Under the pieces are notes generated by a model, which ran no database searches, was not told where the DNA came from, and was given only the letters and a program-made list of their open reading frames with translations. From Nannocystis bainbridge (GTDB taxonomy: Bacteria > Myxococcota_A > Polyangia > Nannocystales > Nannocystaceae): a stretch of 64,000 nucleotides of DNA. Below, piece by piece: positions 15,701 to 24,841 of this stretch. Position numbers and translations under genes: made by a program. The stretch is from the NCBI RefSeq assembly GCF_028368995.1, contig NZ_JAQNDL010000003.1, positions 1,472,001 through 1,536,000 on the forward strand, read 5' to 3'. The number at the start of each line of letters is the position of its first letter. Position 1 is the stretch's first letter.

Positions 15701-16726
15701 CCCGAGCGCCTCGCCCAATGGATCGTGTCCGGCCCGCACTACTACGTGGCCACCCCGTTCGCGCGCGACCCCAACGCGGCCTGTCGCAGCCCCATGGACT
15801 ACACCACGATCGACCTCGCCGCGATCGCCCCCGACTATCTCCCGCGCACCAACTATCTGCCCGCCTGCGATCCCGCCACCTACGCGGCCCGCAGCCCGCG
15901 CTGGCACGAGACGCCCCTCGCCGCGCGTGCGCGCTGGATCGCCCGCAAGATGCTGTCGCCCTCCGGCGAGCGGACCTTGATCGGCGCCCTGCTCCCGCCC
16001 GGGCCGGCGCACATCGGCGCCAGCGTCAGCCTGGCCTGCCGCGACGACGCCACCACCGTGCATTTCGCCGGCCTGGCCGCCTCGCTGCCCTACGATTTCT
16101 GGCTCAAGATCACCGGCAAGTCGAACCTCAGCAACGACGTGGTCAAGTTCCTGCCGCTGCCCACGGCCTGGCGCTCCGAGATCGTCCTGCGCGCCTTATT
16201 GCTCAACTGCCTCACCGAGCCTTACGCGCCGCTGTGGCGTGACGCCTTCGTCGAAGCCTTTCGCGCCGACGGCTTCGCCAGCGCCGATCCACGATTGCCG
16301 TCCTTCGCCGCCCTCGGCCCGCGCTGGACCCCGGGCACCCCCCTGCGCACCCCGTTCGCGCGTCGGCAGGCGCTGGTCGAGCTCGACGCCCTCGCCGCCC
16401 TGGCCCTCGGGCTCACGCTGCCCGAGCTGCTGGCGATCTACCGCCTGCAATTCGCGGTGCTGCAGCAGAACGAGCGCGGCACCTGGTACGACCGGCGCGG
16501 CAAGGTCGTGTTCTCCGACAACGTGCTGCTCGCGGGGCTCGGCCTCGATCGCCGCCGGTGGCTGGCGATCGCCGACGCCGGCGCCGGCGAAGTCCTGCCT
16601 GTGTGGGCCCACGACGTTCAGGGCCCGTACCTCCCGCCGTTCGACCGCTGCGACCGCGAGGCCGACCTGCGCCGCGCCTACGCGCATTTCTCGGCGCGCC
16701 GCAGACCTGTCCCAGCGGACCTATGA
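12728..16726 (+). CDS. Large N6-adenine DNA methyltransferase (Eco57I/type IIG/DISARM DrmMI-like), apparently chimeric at the N-terminus
   Basis: YLYRLLFLFYVEAR, QLGAVYEGLL, SYYTPE, motif I CEPAMGSGAFL, YGVDLDP, motif IV GNPPW, then a TRD-like C-terminal half; ATG 12728 chosen. Confidence 0.85.
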   Translation: MTEPRPHLVGARVLVRGERWLVRAVRVTAAGGAELHVTGLSSLVQGRDAVFLDDLDDLELLHSGSTDLVSPHSAPDPQQLGPCDPEVLLDQLALDQPRPRIRGARDIIERLADECIHWHRCADPSVIDAPHLADRLARECVVYLYRLLFLFYVEARGPRLQAEPWFTDAYRRAYSLEALRDLELVPLDAPEACDGHYLDASLKLLFRLAQRGYPGFALAGLHGQLFDDTRIPLLTAARLRNHVLQDVLRRLSLSRPLGKRPPARISYAHLGIHQLGAVYEGLLSYTGFLAREDVHEVRAAADLADDDARTWFVAPAQLTDDPGHALVRDAAGLPLLHPRGKFLYRLAGREREKSASYYTPELLTRCLTRHTLAERLPGARADDILQWTICEPAMGSGAFLHEAVEQLADAYLARKQAELGRTIAADRYAHERQRVKHHLVARNCYGVDLDPLAAELGRVSLWLSVRHEGAAPPNLSLRTAVGNSLIGARRAVLRADDLARGLRCEPAAVPLHEPRPAGAVYHFLLADPGMAGFDDDRALKSLAPAAVARIKSWRRQQLAADTARELPRLAAICAGIDLLWRAHLDERRAALAAVRQPLALWGQTDEPSPPLDPVAACEALARPDAPGRKLAAILDYWCALWFWPIDQVEALPDRGQWLADVEHLLATDDLDRPGDRPALAVTRRVAGEQRFFHWEVTFPEVFAAGGMDIILGNPPWTKVVWEETGVLADLHPRLGQGRAAATLSQAERQRLLADPRSRGRYERELTTSLGTRNFLSSRLYPLLGGTATNLYKAFLVRAWSLAGPRAVVGLFHQTGVFDDPAGGPLRAELHHRLRLAARFQNKLMLFPEVLHTRPYAFTICGDRRDVPRFRYVANLLHPRTLDDSLAHDGSGDVPGLKGDDGAWDLRGHRDRVVDVDAAALALFRAVFDAPDTPLAEARLPIVHAGALLPILLKFAAGPRRMLDLADAYTTSEHFHETYQQQDGTIRRVTCRPERLAQWIVSGPHYYVATPFARDPNAACRSPMDYTTIDLAAIAPDYLPRTNYLPACDPATYAARSPRWHETPLAARARWIARKMLSPSGERTLIGALLPPGPAHIGASVSLACRDDATTVHFAGLAASLPYDFWLKITGKSNLSNDVVKFLPLPTAWRSEIVLRALLLNCLTEPYAPLWRDAFVEAFRADGFASADPRLPSFAALGPRWTPGTPLRTPFARRQALVELDALAALALGLTLPELLAIYRLQFAVLQQNERGTWYDRRGKVVFSDNVLLAGLGLDRRRWLAIADAGAGEVLPVWAHDVQGPYLPPFDRCDREADLRRAYAHFSARRRPVPADL

Positions 16727-16748
16727 TCATACTCGGCACGCGTCCGCC

Positions 16749-17504
16749 TCAGCGCGGAGCCAGCGGGTGGATCTGCCCGCGGATGTCACCGAAGTAGCTC
16801 TGCCCCGTGGTGTGCAGATTAAAATAAAGCTCGCCGTCGCGGGCCAGTTGGGCCATCCCCGCGACCGTCGACACCTTGACCGGCGCGACGCTACCGAGCG
16901 ACGGGCTCGGGATCACGCAGCCGGTGGTGAACGCCCCGACCAGCCCGTGCGCGTGCTCGACCGTCTGGACCAGGTGCTCGTTGCGGATCTCGACCGAGAA
17001 CATCCCGTCGGCCAGGTTGCCCTGCAGATCGGTGGCGTGGGCGAAATCGACGAGGATCGGCCCGAGGATGCCCGGCTTGCCGCAATGGATGTGGAACATG
17101 TTGATAGACTTCAGATCGATCCCCTCGATCTTGACGTCGACGAACGCCCGGCTGAAGTCGTTGGTGAAGCGGACCTGCCCGTGCGCGCGGTGCCCCGCGG
17201 CCTCGCGCGCGGCCCGGTTCTGCGACGGCGTGGTCGAGCGGAATTGCTTGGGCGTGGTCGCGGGCGTGTTCTCCTCCTCGTCGCCCTCCTGGTGCGGGCT
17301 CAAGTAGGCTTCAAAAATCGCGCCGATCTGGGTCCCGCGGCCCGGATCGAGCTCACCCGCGGCCACCGCCGGCGCCGCGACCGTCGGCGCCGGAGCCGGG
17401 GCCACCGGCGCCGGGTCCGGCGCGGCCGTGGTCCGGCCCTCGGCCCGCGTGTCACAACCGCCCAAGAGGAGCACACCCACAACAACGACGCGTCGTCCGT
17501 CCAT
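16749..17504 (-). CDS. CHRD domain lipoprotein
   Basis: LLGGC lipobox; LSPHQE, FHIHCGKPGILGP, LYFNLHT...GDIRGQI. Confidence 0.8.
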   Translation of the reverse strand: MDGRRVVVVGVLLLGGCDTRAEGRTTAAPDPAPVAPAPAPTVAAPAVAAGELDPGRGTQIGAIFEAYLSPHQEGDEEENTPATTPKQFRSTTPSQNRAAREAAGHRAHGQVRFTNDFSRAFVDVKIEGIDLKSINMFHIHCGKPGILGPILVDFAHATDLQGNLADGMFSVEIRNEHLVQTVEHAHGLVGAFTTGCVIPSPSLGSVAPVKVSTVAGMAQLARDGELYFNLHTTGQSYFGDIRGQIHPLAPR

Positions 17505-17660
17505 GGTCCGCCACGCTAGCGGACTCGGCCGCGCCGTGATGGCGACACGTGGACACCCGGTGGTCCGAATTTGGACTCGAGCCCGGCGTGACCCCCGGTC
17601 AACCGATGGCGCCACGCGACCTGCGACCTGCCCTCTCCGAGATCGCCGTTTATCCCGCCC

Positions 17661-18332
17661 TCATGCTGCCTCGCAGAACCCCACTTCCATCTCCAGCGAG
17701 GCGAACGTCCCCGCCAGGTACGTCGCGCAGGCCGCCCCGCACAGCTCGACGATGCGCTCGCCGTCCGCGTGGAATTGCACCCACAGCGCATTCGGATCGC
17801 TGCAATCGGCCACGCCCTGCGGCAGCGACACGTCGTCGAGCCGCACGGACTCGACCGGCCAGGGGCAGAATGCGCCGACGATCCCGGTCGGAATGGCACA
17901 AGTCGCGCGGCCGGACGGCAACGGCAGGGGCCCGCCGCACTTGCAGCAATCGGTGAGCGGCTCGCACGCGGCAGAGCACAGGTCTTGCGAAGGCACGACC
18001 ACGCACGCGTCCTCCGCGGTCGTGTCCGTGGTCGCAGAGGAGGTGACCTCCCCCGCCCCGCTCGTCGGCGCCATCGAAGTCGCCGCTCCCGTGGCCTCGG
18101 CGCTCGCTCCCGACGACGCTTCGCCGGCGCTCGCTCCCGACGACGCTTCGCCGGAGCTCGCTCCCGACGTCGCTCCCGTCGCCTCGGAGCTCGCCCCCGA
18201 CGTCGCTCCCGTTGCCTCGGAGATCGACGTCGACTCGCTCCCCGTCGTCGCGCCCGGCGACGACGGCCCGCACGCCAGCGCCACCATCGTCCAGCACCAC
18301 CCCCGCATCCGACCCGGTGCTCTCATCGTCAC
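17661..18332 (-). CDS. Putative lipoprotein with Ser/Thr/Ala/Gly repeats and Cys-rich domain
   Basis: VALAC lipobox-like; SGASSEATGAT repeats; IVELCGAAC motif. Confidence 0.65.
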   Translation of the reverse strand: MTMRAPGRMRGWCWTMVALACGPSSPGATTGSESTSISEATGATSGASSEATGATSGASSGEASSGASAGEASSGASAEATGAATSMAPTSGAGEVTSSATTDTTAEDACVVVPSQDLCSAACEPLTDCCKCGGPLPLPSGRATCAIPTGIVGAFCPWPVESVRLDDVSLPQGVADCSDPNALWVQFHADGERIVELCGAACATYLAGTFASLEMEVGFCEAA

Positions 18333-18394
18333 GCCTCCGGCGACCGAGCATGGCCTCGACCCGCGTGACGACGCCGCTCAGCGGCCGGCCCGGC

Positions 18395-18892
18395 TCACAG
18401 GAACGTCGCCATGTAGACCACCAGGCAGTACCACGGCGTCCCGGCGAGGACGATCGCCCGCCGCCCGCGACCGAGGTCGCGCCGTGAGCCGCCCGCGATC
18501 ATCAGCCCCAGCGCCAGGCACCAGACCACCGCCGCGATCGCCACCGCCAGGGCGAACGCCTTGAGGATGAACGGCGCCACCCCGGGGACGAACAGCCCGG
18601 CGGCGGCCACGACCGTCAGGAGCACGGGCACGTACGCCAGTGCGAGGACCGCGCGCGACAGCCACGGCCGCGAGTGGTCGCTCGCGCGGCGGGCGTGGGA
18701 CAGCGCCCACGAGGCGATGAACACCAGGCTGGCGAGCAGCGCCAGGGCCACCCCGCCGAGCACCAGCAGCTCCTGGGCGCGGCGGAAGATCTCCCGCAGC
18801 CGGTCGAGGCCGCCGAAGGCCCGGTCGAGGCCCTCCAGGAGGGTGGAGCCGAACACGGCGAGCGGGAGGAGCAGCGCGAAGAGAGAGCGCAT
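18395..18892 (-). CDS. Hypothetical membrane protein
   Basis: 4-5 hydrophobic segments, GC-rich third positions. Confidence 0.6.
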   Translation of the reverse strand: MRSLFALLLPLAVFGSTLLEGLDRAFGGLDRLREIFRRAQELLVLGGVALALLASLVFIASWALSHARRASDHSRPWLSRAVLALAYVPVLLTVVAAAGLFVPGVAPFILKAFALAVAIAAVVWCLALGLMIAGGSRRDLGRGRRAIVLAGTPWYCLVVYMATFL

Positions 18893-18986
18893 CGAAGTCC
18901 AGTGTACCACCCCGAAGCCAGGGCCCAAGGCCGCGGCCACGGGCGCGGGCGGCGTGGACCCGGCGCCCGCGCACCCCGGCGGGGGC

Positions 18987-19015
18987 TTGCAAGCCGGAAC
19001 CTCCTGGGGTAGAGA
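18987..19015 (+). promoter_or_regulatory. Possible sigma70-type promoter of tRNA-Arg
   Basis: TTGCAA-17 nt-TAGAGA, 15 bp upstream of the tRNA. Confidence 0.35.
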
Positions 19016-19030
19016 TCCCGTCCCCAAACT

Positions 19031-19107
19031 GCGTGTGTAGCTCAGTTGGATAGAGCGTTGGCCTCCGAAGCCAAAGGTCGCAGGTTCGACTCCTGCCACG
19101 CGCGCCA
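19031..19107 (+). tRNA. tRNA-Arg(CCG)
   Basis: Cloverleaf: acceptor GCGTGTG/CACGCGC, D arm AGCTCAGTTGGATAGAGC, anticodon arm TTGGC-CTCCGAA-GCCAA, T arm GCAGG-TTCGACT-CCTGC, encoded CCA. Confidence 0.97.
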
Positions 19108-19110
19108 GCC

Positions 19111-19149
19111 CGAGCGCCGCCCGGATCCCGGGCGGCGCTCGTCGCTTTC
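19111..19149 (+). terminator. Strong GC hairpin after the tRNA (likely terminator)
   Basis: cgagcgccgcccgg-atc-ccgggcggcgctcg, 14-bp stem, short T-run downstream. Confidence 0.65.
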
Positions 19150-19174
19150 GGGCCGCGCCGGGGCCGCCGCAGCG

Positions 19175-19326
19175 CATGTCCCTTGCGACATGTCCTCGGG
19201 CGCAGACCACGGCTTCGCCCCTGTCTCTCAGGACATGTCCTGGGGGCGCCTTACGTCAACCGGCTCGCGGCCACAGCCTCGGCGCGCCGGATCATATGAC
19301 CTTTCGGACATGCCCATTCGCGCATG
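19175..19326. repeat. Three clusters of 14-bp-phased CATG sites
   Basis: 19175/19189; cctg 19220/19234; tatg 19295/19309/19323. Confidence 0.8.
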
Positions 19327-19991
19327 ACTGAAAGGCCAGCTTCGAGGCGCGCGCTCGGGCGCCCCGGCGCGGCCCGGCGCGCACCTGTCTGAAGAGCCAG
19401 CTCTCCGAACAGCCGGCGGTCAGCGTCAGCGCCAGCGCCTCGACCTCCGGCGCGTCGGTCGGGTCGGGTGAACGGGTCGCGGCCGCGAGGGCCCGCGCCA
19501 GGGCGGAGATCCGCGGCCGCGGAGCCAGCGCCGGGGTTGCGAACAGCCGCCCCGGCGCCGCCGACTTCGACGCCACCGCCGCCAGCAGCGACGCCGACAG
19601 CCCGGGGCTCGGGCACACGTCGCCGACCCCGTGCTCGTGCGAACCCTCGAACCCCTCCTCACCCTCGCCGAGCAGCACCGACCCGGCCACCAGCGCGAGC
19701 GTGCGGTCGCGGCAGCGGTCACAAAAACTGCCGACCAGCACGAAGTACAGCATACCTGGCGGTGCTGCTCCGGGACCGGCCGGTCGCGGGGCCCCGCGTG
19801 ACACACGTGGCGCCTCACCGTGATGTCGGGTCAGGCCGCCAGCACCTCGACGCGCGGGCGCGCGGGGTCGGCGCGAGACGCCGTGGGGCCTTCCGCCACC
19901 TCACCGGGTGTACCGACACCGCCTGCGCGGGTCAACCGCGCTCTTGGCTGGCCCGTGCCAGTTGCGATACGGTCGGATGGCCAGGACGGCC

Positions 19992-21533
19992 ATGGAAATC
20001 GCAGCGAGCGTCACCCTCGGACTCTTGTTCCTGATCTCGGGCTTCGCGTCAGTGTTCCTGATGTTCAAGCTGTGGGGCTGGCCCGACGGACATCAACCGG
20101 GCATGGGCCAGGCGCCGCGGCACCTCGTGCGCCTCCACGACATCTTCAAGGTCATCTTCACCGCGCTCTACGTGGTGATGATGGCCGTGATGGTCCCGCG
20201 GCTGTGGAACTACCAGGTCGAGCTGCCGCCGCGCTCGGCCGTGCACGTCAGCCTCGGCTTCTTGCTGGGCGTGTTGCTGCTGGTCGAGCTCGCGTTCTAC
20301 AAGCTGTTCCGCCACCTGCAGTCCTGGGTCCCGGCGCTGGCCACCGCGACGCTCGGCTGCTCCGTGCTGCTGCTCGGCCTGTCGGTCCCGAGCGCCCTGC
20401 GCGAGTACGGCCTGGCGCGCGGCCAGGTCGGCGGCGGCGTCTACAGCGTCGAGAACCGGGCCCGCGTCGCCCGCCTGCTGCCGCAGGCCGAGATGCCCGC
20501 CGACGCCCCGCTGGCCGACCTCACCACCGTCGACGCCCTGCGCCACGGCCGGGAGATCCTCGCCACCAAGTGCGTCGTCTGTCACGACCTCAAGACCGTC
20601 CTCGTCCAGCCGCGCTCGCCCGCCGGCTGGTGGCGCACCGTCGAGCGCATGGCCGACAAGCCGATGTTCGAGGACCCGATGACCGAGCGCGAGCTCTACG
20701 ACGTCACCGCCTACCTGGTCGCCATCACCGGCGACCTGCAGAAATCGGCCCGCCAGCAGCGCGAGCAGAAGCTCAAGCAGCAGCAGGCGATCGCCCCCGT
20801 CGACCCGGCCGCCCCGGCGCCGACCTACGACGCCTCCGCCGCGCAAAAAGCGTTCGAGACCCGCTGCGCCGAGTGCCACGACCTCGCCGAGGTCGACAAG
20901 AAGCCGCCCACCTCCGCCCGCGAGGTCAAGGAGGTCATCGAGCGCATGGTCGCCGACAACGGCATGACCGCCCCCGCGGCCGAGCTCGACCTCTGCTACG
21001 CCTTCATGATCCGCAAGTACGCGCCGAACGAGGTCGCCACCGCGCCCGCGACTCTCGGCGCGGCCGTCGGCGCCGACGTCGCGGCCGCCGTGGCCGTGGC
21101 CAGCGCCCCGCCTGTCCCCGCGGACAGCAAGCCTGTCCCCGCGGACAGCAAGCCTGTCCCCGCGGACAGCCCGCCGCCCGCCGCCGATCCGGACGTCATC
21201 GTCGACGACGACACCCCGCCGGCCAAGGCCCCGACGCCCGCGCCCGCCGCCCCCGCCAAGCCCAAGCCGGCCCCCAAGGCGATCGACGCCCGCGGCCTCT
21301 ACGTCAAGCACTGCGCCGCCTGCCACGACGTCAGCGGCAAGGGCAAGCCGGGCCTCAAGAGCAAGGGCATCCCGGACATGACCGACAAGAACTGGCAGAA
21401 GAAGAACGGCAAGGGCGCGGTCGCCAAGGCGATCAAGGTCGGCATCCCCGGCACGATGATGAAAGCCTTCGCCGCCAAGCTGAAGCCCGAAGAGGTCGAC
21501 GCCGTCGCCGCCTTCGTCAAGAAGATGCGCTGA
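19992..21533 (+). CDS. Membrane-anchored tri-heme c-type cytochrome
   Basis: Four N-terminal TM helices with His; CVVCH, CAECH and CAACH heme motifs; Pro/Ala linker before the last domain. Confidence 0.85.
   Translation: MEIAASVTLGLLFLISGFASVFLMFKLWGWPDGHQPGMGQAPRHLVRLHDIFKVIFTALYVVMMAVMVPRLWNYQVELPPRSAVHVSLGFLLGVLLLVELAFYKLFRHLQSWVPALATATLGCSVLLLGLSVPSALREYGLARGQVGGGVYSVENRARVARLLPQAEMPADAPLADLTTVDALRHGREILATKCVVCHDLKTVLVQPRSPAGWWRTVERMADKPMFEDPMTERELYDVTAYLVAITGDLQKSARQQREQKLKQQQAIAPVDPAAPAPTYDASAAQKAFETRCAECHDLAEVDKKPPTSAREVKEVIERMVADNGMTAPAAELDLCYAFMIRKYAPNEVATAPATLGAAVGADVAAAVAVASAPPVPADSKPVPADSKPVPADSPPPAADPDVIVDDDTPPAKAPTPAPAAPAKPKPAPKAIDARGLYVKHCAACHDVSGKGKPGLKSKGIPDMTDKNWQKKNGKGAVAKAIKVGIPGTMMKAFAAKLKPEEVDAVAAFVKKMR
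21111..21170 (+). repeat. In-frame 21-bp tandem repeat x3 (PVPADSK), each a CTGTCC-N4-GGACAG palindrome
   Basis: cctgtccccgcggacagcaag at 21111, 21132, 21153 (third copy partial). Confidence 0.9.
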
Positions 21534-21536
21534 ACC

Positions 21537-21678
21537 GGCGAATGCACCGACCCCGATGAGCCCCCGGCAGCCGCGACCTCGCGGCTGCCCGCGCGACCCT
21601 GGCGAATGTACCGACCGCGATGATTACCCGGCAGCCGCGACCTCGGTTGCCCGGGCGACCTCGGCGAATGCACCGACC
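21537..21678. repeat. REP/BIME-like ~63-bp tandem repeat with hairpins between convergent genes
   Basis: ggcgaatgYaccgacc at 21537, 21601, 21663; hairpin ggcagccgcga-cc-tcgcggctgcc, with a variant in copy 2. Confidence 0.8.
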
Positions 21679-21743
21679 ACGGAATCACTGCGACTACGTA
21701 CCCAGTGGGCCGGCCGCTCACAGTACGGTGATTCCGGCTCCTA

Positions 21744-22823
21744 TCAATACCCGAGCCGCTCGAGCACCTTCTCCGTCACCTTTGGGATCCCCCCGCGCGG
21801 TCGCTCGCCCGGCGCGATCCACATGCGCCCCGGGCCGTCCTCATAGCCGGCCCGGAACGGCACGTCGACGACCGCCGCCTCGCCGCGGCACGGCCACAGC
21901 ATCCACACCCGGTGCGTGAACACGTGCTTGACCGGCTCCACCAGCGCCTCGACCGACTTGACCTTCACTCCCGTCACCTCCGCGATCACCCGCGGCGGCG
22001 CCCCGGCGCGGTCCGTGCTCTTGCGCTCGATCAGCGGCAGGCACCACATTCCGCCCAGCAGCCCCTCGTTCGCGCGCTGCTCGAGCAGCACCCGGCCGTT
22101 GCGGCGCACCGCCACTGCCCATAGATCTTCGCGGGGCGACGGCGCTCGCTGCTTCGGCGTCGGGATCGTCGATTGCAGCCCCTTCGCCAGCGCCTGGCAC
22201 TCGCTGCGCACCGGGCAGCCCTCGCAGCGCGGCCCCATCGGCGTGCACACCGTCGCCCCCAACTCCATCAGTGCCTGCGCCAGCACCCGCGGCTGGCCCG
22301 CCTGCACGATCTTCTGCGCCATGATCCAGTGCCCGGCCGCGCTCGCGTCCTGCTGCTTCGGGTTCTCGAGCGCCTGCAGCCGCGAAAGCACGCGCGCCAC
22401 ATTGCCGTCGACCAGCGCGGTCGGCCGGTCGAACGCGATCGACGCGATCGCCCCGGCCGTGTACCGGCCCACCCCGGGAATCTTGCGCAACAATTCAGGA
22501 TCGTCGGGCACGGTCCCGCCGTGGCTGGTCGCCACGTGTCGGGCCCCCGCGTGAAGCAGGCGCGCCCGGCGGTAGTACCCGAGCCCGCTCCACGCCGCGA
22601 GCACCTCCGATTCGTCGGCCGCCGCCAGCGTGCCGACATCCGGGAAGCGCTCCAAAAACCGCCCGTAATACGCCTCCACGGTGTCCACGCGCGTCTGCTG
22701 CAGCATGATCTCGCTGACCCAGATCGCGTACGGGTCCCGCGTGCGCCGCCACGCCAGGTCGCGCTGGTGCTGGTGGAACCAGGGTTCGAGGAGGTTGGCG
22801 AGGCGATGCGCGAGATCGAGCAC
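21744..22823 (-). CDS. mutY: A/G-specific adenine glycosylase
   Basis: WVSEIMLQQT, WSGLGYYRRAR, HhH IPGVGRYTAGAI, VDGNVARV, Fe-S motif CTPxxPxCxxCPVxxxC, KHVFTH. Confidence 0.95.
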   Translation of the reverse strand: MLDLAHRLANLLEPWFHQHQRDLAWRRTRDPYAIWVSEIMLQQTRVDTVEAYYGRFLERFPDVGTLAAADESEVLAAWSGLGYYRRARLLHAGARHVATSHGGTVPDDPELLRKIPGVGRYTAGAIASIAFDRPTALVDGNVARVLSRLQALENPKQQDASAAGHWIMAQKIVQAGQPRVLAQALMELGATVCTPMGPRCEGCPVRSECQALAKGLQSTIPTPKQRAPSPREDLWAVAVRRNGRVLLEQRANEGLLGGMWCLPLIERKSTDRAGAPPRVIAEVTGVKVKSVEALVEPVKHVFTHRVWMLWPCRGEAAVVDVPFRAGYEDGPGRMWIAPGERPRGGIPKVTEKVLERLGY

Positions 22824-23432
22824 ACACTTCGTATAGCATGTCCAGCGCGAAAGTGAACCCCGGATCCGTCCACACCCCGGACCCCGGCGCCCGCTCCGCA
22901 GGCCCCCCGGACGGCCTCGCCGGGCCGAACGCCGACGGGTCTGCTCATGCAGCTCGGCCCAATCGCATCACCATCGATCGCTTGTCGCGCTCGGATGTCT
23001 GATCATTCAAGCACAGTCTTGGCATTCATCTCCTGCGAATCAATGCCCAGAGCTCCGGCGAACACGCCATGCTCGCATCATGCGAGCTGCCCGCCCCACA
23101 CAGCGACGAGGTCGCATCACCCCCGGCGAGGCACGCACGGCCGCCCCGCTCTCGGCGTCGCCTCGACATGGCGAGCGCCGATCGAGCGCCGATCGAGCGC
23201 CCCAAGCCCCCTGCAGAGATTCCCGCCCGCGCCCGACCTGCGTCCGCGCATCGGGCGCGCGCCCCGCTCTGCTCGCCCCAAACCCGCCTCCCGCCGCTTC
23301 TGCCGCGGGAAATAACCCACCTGCCTCGACACGTTGAAGCCTCTGCCGCCCCGCGCGCCTCCCGCCACAGCCGGGGCTTTTTGTGTCCTTTTACCGGCGA
23401 ACCAGTACACTCGCCGGCCAGCGTTTCCCCGC

Positions 23433-24836
23433 ATGTTCCGCAAGAGCGACACACACATCCACTTCGTCGGCATCGGCGGGATCGGGATGAGCGGGATCGC
23501 CGAGATCCTGCTGGACCTCGGTTACCGCGTCACCGGCACCGACCTGGCCGAGAGCGAGACCACGCGCAGGCTCAGCGAGCGCGGCGCCGTGGTCCACCGC
23601 GGGCACGACGAGGCCCACCTCGGGGACGCCGACGTCGTCGTCATCTCCTCCGCCGTGCGGGCCGACAACCCCGAGGTCGTCGCTGCGCGCGCGCGCAACA
23701 TCCCCGTCATCCCGCGGGCCGAGATGCTCGCCGAGCTCATGCGGCTCAAGCAGGGCGTCGTCATCGCCGGCTCGCACGGCAAGACCACCACCACCAGCCT
23801 CGTCGCCACCGCCCTTCACGCCGCCGGCCTCGACCCGACCGTCGTCATCGGCGGCAAGCTCAACGCGCTCGGCAGCAACGCCAAGAACGGGCGCGGCAAC
23901 CTGCTGGTCGCCGAGGCCGACGAGAGCGACGGCAGCTTCCTCATGCTCACGCCCACGGTCGCCGTCGTCACCAACATCGACGACGAGCACATGGACCACT
24001 ACGGCAGCATGACGCGGCTGCAGGACGCCTTCGTCGGGTTCGCCAACCGGGTCCCGTTCTACGGCCTGTGCGTCGTCTGCGTCGACGACCCCAACGCCGC
24101 CGCCATCCTGCCGCGCGTGCACAAGCGCTTCGTCACCTACGGCTTCTCGCAGGAGGCCGACTACCGCGCCGTCGACGTCGTGCACGACGGCCCCGTCACC
24201 CACTTCCGCGTCGTCGGTCAGGGCCGCGACCTCGGGCCGTTCACGCTGCACATGCCCGGCGTGCACAACGTCCTCAACGCGCTCGCCACCATCGCCGTGT
24301 GCGAGTTCCACGAGCTGCAGATGGCCGCCGTCGCCAACGCCCTGTCCGGCTTCGGCGGCGTCCAGCGCCGCTTCACCGTGCGCGGCACCGCCGGCGACGT
24401 CATGGTCGTCGACGACTACGGCCACCACCCGACCGAGGTCCGGGCCACCCTCGCCGGCGCGCGCACCAGCTACCCCGAGCGGCGGCTCGTCGCCGTGTTC
24501 CAGGCCCACCGCTACACCCGCGTGCGCGCCCACCTCGACGGCTTCGCCGCCAGCCTCGACGCCGCCGACCTCGTCGTGCTCACCGACATCTACCCCGCCG
24601 GCGAATCACCCCTGCCCGGCGCCACCGTCGAGGCGCTCGAGGCTGCCATGCTCGCCCGCCGGCCCGACCGCCCGGTCGTCATCCACAAGCCGGTCGCCGG
24701 CCTCTCCGAGTACCTGGCCCGAGAGTCATGTCCCGGAGACCTCATCATCACCCTCGGCGCCGGCAGCGTCACCCACGTCAGCCGCGAGCTGGCCGCGCAC
24801 CTGGACGGCCTGCGCGAGCCCGCCGCCCGCGCGTGA
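23433..24836 (+). CDS. murC: UDP-N-acetylmuramate--L-alanine ligase
   Basis: HFVGIGGIGMSG, GSHGKTTTTS, EADESDGSF, DDYGHHPTE. Confidence 0.97.
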   Translation: MFRKSDTHIHFVGIGGIGMSGIAEILLDLGYRVTGTDLAESETTRRLSERGAVVHRGHDEAHLGDADVVVISSAVRADNPEVVAARARNIPVIPRAEMLAELMRLKQGVVIAGSHGKTTTTSLVATALHAAGLDPTVVIGGKLNALGSNAKNGRGNLLVAEADESDGSFLMLTPTVAVVTNIDDEHMDHYGSMTRLQDAFVGFANRVPFYGLCVVCVDDPNAAAILPRVHKRFVTYGFSQEADYRAVDVVHDGPVTHFRVVGQGRDLGPFTLHMPGVHNVLNALATIAVCEFHELQMAAVANALSGFGGVQRRFTVRGTAGDVMVVDDYGHHPTEVRATLAGARTSYPERRLVAVFQAHRYTRVRAHLDGFAASLDAADLVVLTDIYPAGESPLPGATVEALEAAMLARRPDRPVVIHKPVAGLSEYLARESCPGDLIITLGAGSVTHVSRELAAHLDGLREPAARA

Positions 24837-24841
24837 CCGCC

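Noticed and set aside
19031-19330. tRNA-Arg as an integration site of an island or prophage
   Set aside because: No integrase and no duplicated tRNA 3' end seen in the window.
19292-19804. Minus-strand ORF with CxxC and an RAGP (SecM/RAPP-like arrest) motif
   Set aside because: RAGP is 25 aa from the stop, there is no directly downstream co-oriented gene (the tRNA lies opposite), and the ORF end runs through CATG repeats; coding status is uncertain.
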